Source: Laetmonice hystrix
Lineage: Eukaryota
Direction: 5' to 3'
Assembly (NCBI GenBank): GCA_965235115.1
Contig: OZ249436.1
Coordinates: 37,574,001 to 37,638,000 of the forward strand
DNA: 64,000 bases
How positions within the stretch are numbered: the first letter of the stretch is position 1; each line of letters begins with the position of its first letter. This document shows positions 60,827 to 64,000 of the stretch, in pieces. The notes under the pieces were generated by a model that was given only the letters and a program-made list of their open reading frames with translations, was not told where the DNA came from and searched no databases. The translations under genes and the position numbers were made by a program.

Positions 60827-62428
60827 AACTAGACATGTCGTGGCTAGACCACAATGGATCCCATCCCCTGGGCGACATGTCCTTTCCGTCATGTTCTGAG
60901 TAGGGTTAACTATGGCTCTATCGACTAAATGATGTCATTATAATGTATGATGTCAGGATATGTATTTATGACGTCATACGTAATGCTATGTCATCTAACA
61001 ATTGAAAGAGCATGACTTCCTATTCACGTTCAATATTAACTATGGCCATATCTTGCGACGCCTTTGAGTTATAGGCCTTACAAGATGCCAATGACGTCAG
61101 TATGACGTGATACATCACGCTACCTAATGAATATTGGTGTCAATTGAAGGAGCATGTATGACTTCCTATTCATGTTCAATAGTAACCATGGCTTTATCTC
61201 CCACCGTTTAAGAGTTATAGGCCCTAGAAAATATTGATGACGTCACTATGACGTCATACATCACGCTACGTCATCAAACTTGGCTTCAATTGAAAGAGCA
61301 TGTATGACTTCCTATACATGTTCAATAGTAACTATGGTCCTATCTTGCACTGTTTTCGACTTATAGGCCATAGAAGATACCAATGACGTCGTTATGACGT
61401 CATACGTCACGCTACCTAATAAATGTTGGTGTCAATTGAAAGAGCATGTATGGCTTCCTATTCATGTTCAATAGTAACCATGGCGTTATCTCCCACCGTT
61501 AAAGAGTTATAGGCCCTAGAAAATATTGATGACGTCATTATGACGTCATACGTCACGCTACGTCATCAAACTTGGCCTCAATTGAAAGAGCATGTATGAC
61601 TTCCTATTCGTGTTCAATAGTAACTATGGGCCTATCTTGCACTGTTTTCGACTTATAGGCCATAGGAGATACCAATGACGTCATCATGACGTCATACGTC
61701 ACGCTACCTAATCAATGTTGGTGTCAATTGAAAGAGCATGTATGGCTTCCTATTCATGTTCAATAGTAACCATGGCTTTATCTCCCACCGTTTCAGAGTT
61801 ATAGGCCCTAGAAAATATTGATGACGTCATTATGACGTCATACGTCACGCTACGTCATCAAATTTGGCCTCAATTGAAAGAGCATGTATGACTTCCTATT
61901 CGTGTTCAATAGTAACTATGGCCCTTACTGGCACCGTTTATGAGTTATAGCCATAGATAGCCAAATTGACCACTGTTCAAAACTTTGAGGTCACGTGACT
62001 CAGCGAATATAGGTCAAATCAATTGTAGCAAGGGGGATTCCTTTGGAACTCTCATTAGACACCATTCCTGTGCAATTTCATAAAATTTTAATGAAAATTA
62101 AGGAAGAAGGAGGGATTTAAGCATTTTATGACCTTTGACCCAGATTTCAGACATGTCAAAGGTCAAAGGTCAAAATATTTGCAAAAACATTATTAGGCCC
62201 TTGCCCAATTCTGACAGTGTCATCAGTTCCTGGAAAGTATCCATATTGACTTTGAAAACCGTCTTAATAGTCACAACACGAATAACGTCATGACGTCATG
62301 ACGTTACGTCATGTGACGTCATGACTCATTGTCACATCAGAGTTGGTGACTGGCAATATGCCCACCAAGTTTGACTTAGATATCTTGAAAAATGACCGAG
62401 TTATGACCCCTGTTAACAATTGTTAACA

Positions 62429-62469
<41 letters not shown>

Positions 62470-62622
62470 GCAAATAATAATAATAATAATACGGAAACCG
62501 AAACCACACAATTTCTAGATCCCATCCCCTGGATAGGGGATGGGATAATAATAATAATAATAATAGGGAAGACGAAACCACACAATTTCTAGATCCCATC
62601 CCCTGGATAGGGGATGGGATAA
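60827..62622 (-). mobile_element. Helentron-type element, unit 3, with a 146-bp array in A/B dimers and two stacked terminal hairpins
   Basis: atg(a/g)cttccta at 61012, 61158, 61304, 61450, 61596, 61742 and 61888. Hairpin atcccatcccct-ggat-aggggatgggat at 62519-62546 and 62593-62620. Confidence 0.85.
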
Positions 62623-62623
62623 T

Positions 62624-64000
62624 AACTAGTCATGTCGTGGCGAGACCACGATGGATCCCATCCCCGGGGTGACATGTCCTTTCTGATATTGAGTTTGAGT
62701 AGAGTTACGTTCAAGGCAGACACTTCCCGACACATCTGTAATAGGCAGTGGTGTTTGGGAAGTGCCAGGTAAGGTGTCAAGTTATGACCCTGAGAGAATA
62801 TTTATGACATCCTTATGACGTCATAGTAACTATGGCTGCATCTTCAACCATTTACAAGTTATAGCCCAGGGAATATATAGGTGTCCTCCTTATGATGTCA
62901 TAGGTAACGTGACGTACAAAACAATGGTGCCAAATGAAAGACCATATATGACTTCCTATTCGTGTTCAATAGTAGCTATGCCCCTATCTGGCACCGTTTA
63001 CAAGTTATAGCCCTGGGAACATATTGGCGACCTTGCTATGACGTCATAGGTCTCGTGACTTAAAAATTATTGGTGCCTAATCAAAGGGCATGTATATATG
63101 ACTTCATATTAGGGTTTAGTAGTAACTATGGCTCAATCTTCAACCATTTACAAGTTATAGCCCTGAGAAAATGCCAGTGACATTCTCATGACGTCATAGA
63201 TCACGTGACCTGGAAAATGAAGGTGCATAATGAAAGAGCATACATGACTTCCTATTCGTGTGTAATAGTAACTATGGCTCTATCTTCAACGATTTACAAG
63301 TTATAGCCCTGGGAAAATATTGGCGACGTCGTTATGACGTCATAGGTCATGTGACCCACAAAATAGTGGTGCCAAATGAAAGACCATATATAACTTCCTA
63401 TTCGTGTTCAATAGTAACTATTGCCCTATCTGGCACTGTTTACAAGTTATAGGCTTGAGAATATATTGGCGACCTTGCTCTGACGTCATAGGTCACGTGA
63501 CCTGGAAAATGAAGGTGTATAATGAAAGGCTACATATGACTTCCTATTAGTGTTTCATAGTAACTATGGCTCTATCTTCAATCATTTACAAGTTATGGCC
63601 CTGGGAAAATATAGGTGACGTCGTTAAGACGTCATGGGTCACGTGACCTACAAAACAATGGTGCCAAATGAAATATCATATATGACTTCCTATTCGTGTT
63701 CAATAGTAACTATGGCCCTATCTGGCACAGTTTACAAGTTATAGCCCTGGGAAAATATTGGCGACCTTGCTGTGACGTCATAGGTCACGTGACTGAAAAA
63801 TTATGGGTGCATAATGAAAGAGCATGTATATATGACTTCATATTAGGGTTTACTGGTAACAATGGCTCAATCTTTAACCATTTAGAAGTTATAGTCCTTA
63901 GAAAATGCCGATGACATTCTTATGACGTCATAGGTCACGTGACCTGGAAAATGAAGGTGTATAATGAAAGGGTACATATGACTTCCTATTACTGTTTAAT
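62624..64000 (-). mobile_element. Helentron-type element, unit 4, with a ~146-bp array running off the window
   Basis: aactag + gtcgtggcgagaccacga hairpin + ggatcccatcccc, then tandem gacgtcataggtcacgtgacc...gacttcctatt...aatagtaactatgg units. Confidence 0.8.

Overview
Repeat-rich, AT-rich eukaryotic DNA, probably from a marine invertebrate (lophotrochozoan-like; an inference from the protostome-type Toll receptor, spliceosomal introns and repeat types). Host genes read by eye: (1) a two-exon, divergent MICU2/3-type mitochondrial calcium-uptake gene (minus, 18335-21858) in which both canonical EF-hand loops appear inactivated; (2) a recent ~3.52-kb tandem amplification of an intronless EamA/SLC35G-like transporter (one 5'-truncated copy, two full copies) with both breakpoints at transposon ends; (3) a multiple-cysteine-cluster Toll-like receptor with a single coding exon, whose stop codon lies only 21 bp from that of the last transporter copy (tail-to-tail); (4) the 3' four exons of a single-pass receptor with a Pro-containing juxtamembrane segment and a long Tyr-bearing non-catalytic tail (minus, 55234-56879), of which the ORF track shows only the last exon. 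The rest is satellite DNA (55-bp array with higher-order blocks; 12-, 22-, 33- and 50-bp minisatellites) and mobile DNA: an Academ-like long-TIR element, Kolobok-, Harbinger- and Tigger-like MITEs, an LTR, tRNA-derived SINEs, LINE RNase H and RecQ-like relics, and nested Helentron-type elements carrying 146-bp internal arrays. All family assignments come from motif recognition, not database searches.
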